Origin: Malacoraja senta | Lineage: Eukaryota | Reading direction: 5' to 3' | DNA: 64,000 nt | Assembly (NCBI GenBank): GCA_038087875.1 | Contig: JAXLNO010000087.1 | Location: 186,001 to 250,000, forward strand | Part shown: piece after piece, positions 63,156-64,000 of the stretch | How the letters are laid out: every line of letters begins with the position of its first letter | How positions within the stretch are numbered: the stretch's first letter is position 1 | Made by a program: the position numbers and the translations under genes | The notes under the pieces: model-generated | Database searches by the model: none | What the model saw: the letters and a program-made list of their open reading frames with translations, nothing else | What the model was told of the DNA's origin: nothing

Positions 63156-63365
63156 ACCACACCTCACCCTTCACCACCAACCCCATATTCCACCCCTCAC
63201 CCCCACCATTCACTACTCACCATCCATCCCTCGCCCCCTCCTCAACCCCTCCGCACACTCCTCCCCTCAACCTCACCCACTCCCCTCACACCAACTCACA
63301 ACCACCCCCTCACCCTCTCCCCATCACCCACCCCTTTCCCCATCACCCCCCCAGCCGCCCCTCAC

Positions 63366-63513
63366 CTGCTCCTCCTCTCACCCACCCATTCCCTTCACCT
63401 CACACTCCCAGTCCCGCCCGCGGTGCCTCACCGCTCGCACCCGCTGCCCGGTCCTCACGCGCCCACGGAGCCGCTCCCCGTTCAGCGCGCGTTCAGCCCG
63501 GTCCCTCCACCAT
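63366..63513 (-). pseudogene. NEIL3: NEIL3 exon 1 coding part; TGA at codon 7 from a 4-bp insertion; 3' boundary uncertain
   Basis: Kozak GCCGCCATGG, then ATG GTG GAG GGA CCG GGC TGA. Removing AACG restores MVEGPGCALNGERLRGRVRTGQRVRAVR. Several GTGAG/GTGAA donors are possible; CAG|GTGAGG near 63366 is the strongest. Confidence 0.88.
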
Positions 63514-63990
63514 GGCGGCGCGACCCCGCTGCCCGCAACCAACGGACAACACACAGGCAGCCGCACGCGCCCAGAGGGAGGGAGTGACCAGCGTGGGGGC
63601 GGGGCCCGAGTGGGGGCGGGGCTAGTGTAGGGCGAGCATGCATGGGATGGCAGATAGAGCGTGGGGGCGGGGCCAAGACTAGTGTGGGACCGGGCCAGCG
63701 TGTGGTGAGGGGCCAGTGGGAGGTGCCATCGTGGGGAGGGATGGGCCAATGGGAGGGATCAGTGTGGGGAGGGCGGGGAGAGGGAGGGGCCAGTTGGCGG
63801 AGTCTGAGGAGCCCCGAGACCGGGCTAACCGCCACGCGCGTCAGAGGAGGCGGGGCTGTGAGGGCGGGAGATTGGGCTGTCGCCCGGACGGTGAGTCGCC
63901 GGTTCGAGTCCCGCCACCGGCACGGCAGAAGAGGAGTGACAGCGGTGATGACAAGTGTGCATGGCTGCCCATTTCATAGCTGAAGTCGGT
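63400..63990. promoter_or_regulatory. CpG-island promoter with GC boxes and CCAAT
   Basis: CpG-dense; GGGGCGGGG at ~63596, 63612, 63664 and 63769; CCAAT at ~63746. Confidence 0.75.
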
Positions 63991-64000
63991 GGGGTTTGAC

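Larger units (their letters stand above)
1622..63513 (-). pseudogene. NEIL3: NEIL3 (endonuclease VIII-like 3) disabled gene: exons 1-4 and 7-9 visible, exons 5-6 not found, last exon presumably left of the window
   Basis: Manual translation gives the collinear NEIL3 motifs MVEGPG(C)ALNGE, GVKTLGKELFMYFG, IHFGMNGS, LDVCS..F, LLDQSMLPGVGNIKNEA, WTCQLCTLINAPAAKSCDAC (RanBP2 ZnF), KYQCNKFGKP..RRAAFGVTTLVLT and KHSRPCELRVVRKEGDNKGRQFYTC (GRF ZnF). Exons have GT/AG boundaries, and there are multiple stops and frameshifts. Confidence 0.93.

Noticed and set aside
1622..63513. Functional NEIL3 with sequencing errors only
   Set aside because: Lesions include nonsense substitutions, multi-base non-homopolymer indels and two missing exons, while nearby young TE ORFs are largely open
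61568..63630. Pro/His-rich ORFs
   Set aside because: C-rich low-complexity intron sequence

Overview
Vertebrate genomic DNA. The CR1/HER1, Rex-Babar, Penelope-derived and HE1/V-SINE-like repeats suggest a cartilaginous fish such as a skate or ray (inference). Almost the whole window is a minus-strand NEIL3 (endonuclease VIII-like 3 DNA glycosylase) locus that is disabled. I could read exons 1, 2, 3, 4, 7, 8 and 9 with splice sites, and every one except exon 7 carries a stop or frameshift. Exons 5-6 were not found. In their place lies a ~26.7-kb GC-rich 20-bp satellite (consensus AACCCCAACGCCAGCCGCTA) with higher-order repeats. Next to it, a ~3.3-4.6-kb unit (part of exon 8, CR1, exon 7, TE debris and a satellite block) has been amplified to four extra direct copies plus one inverted copy. 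One lineage of these copies carries an L1 3' insertion that fuses the NEIL3 RanBP2 zinc finger in frame to L1 ORF2. Penelope-derived palindromes with hammerhead-ribozyme cores, DNA transposons and a CpG-island promoter complete the window. The long ORFs inside the satellite are repeat artefacts. Comparisons to human NEIL3 sequence and exon sizes are from memory, not from a database search.
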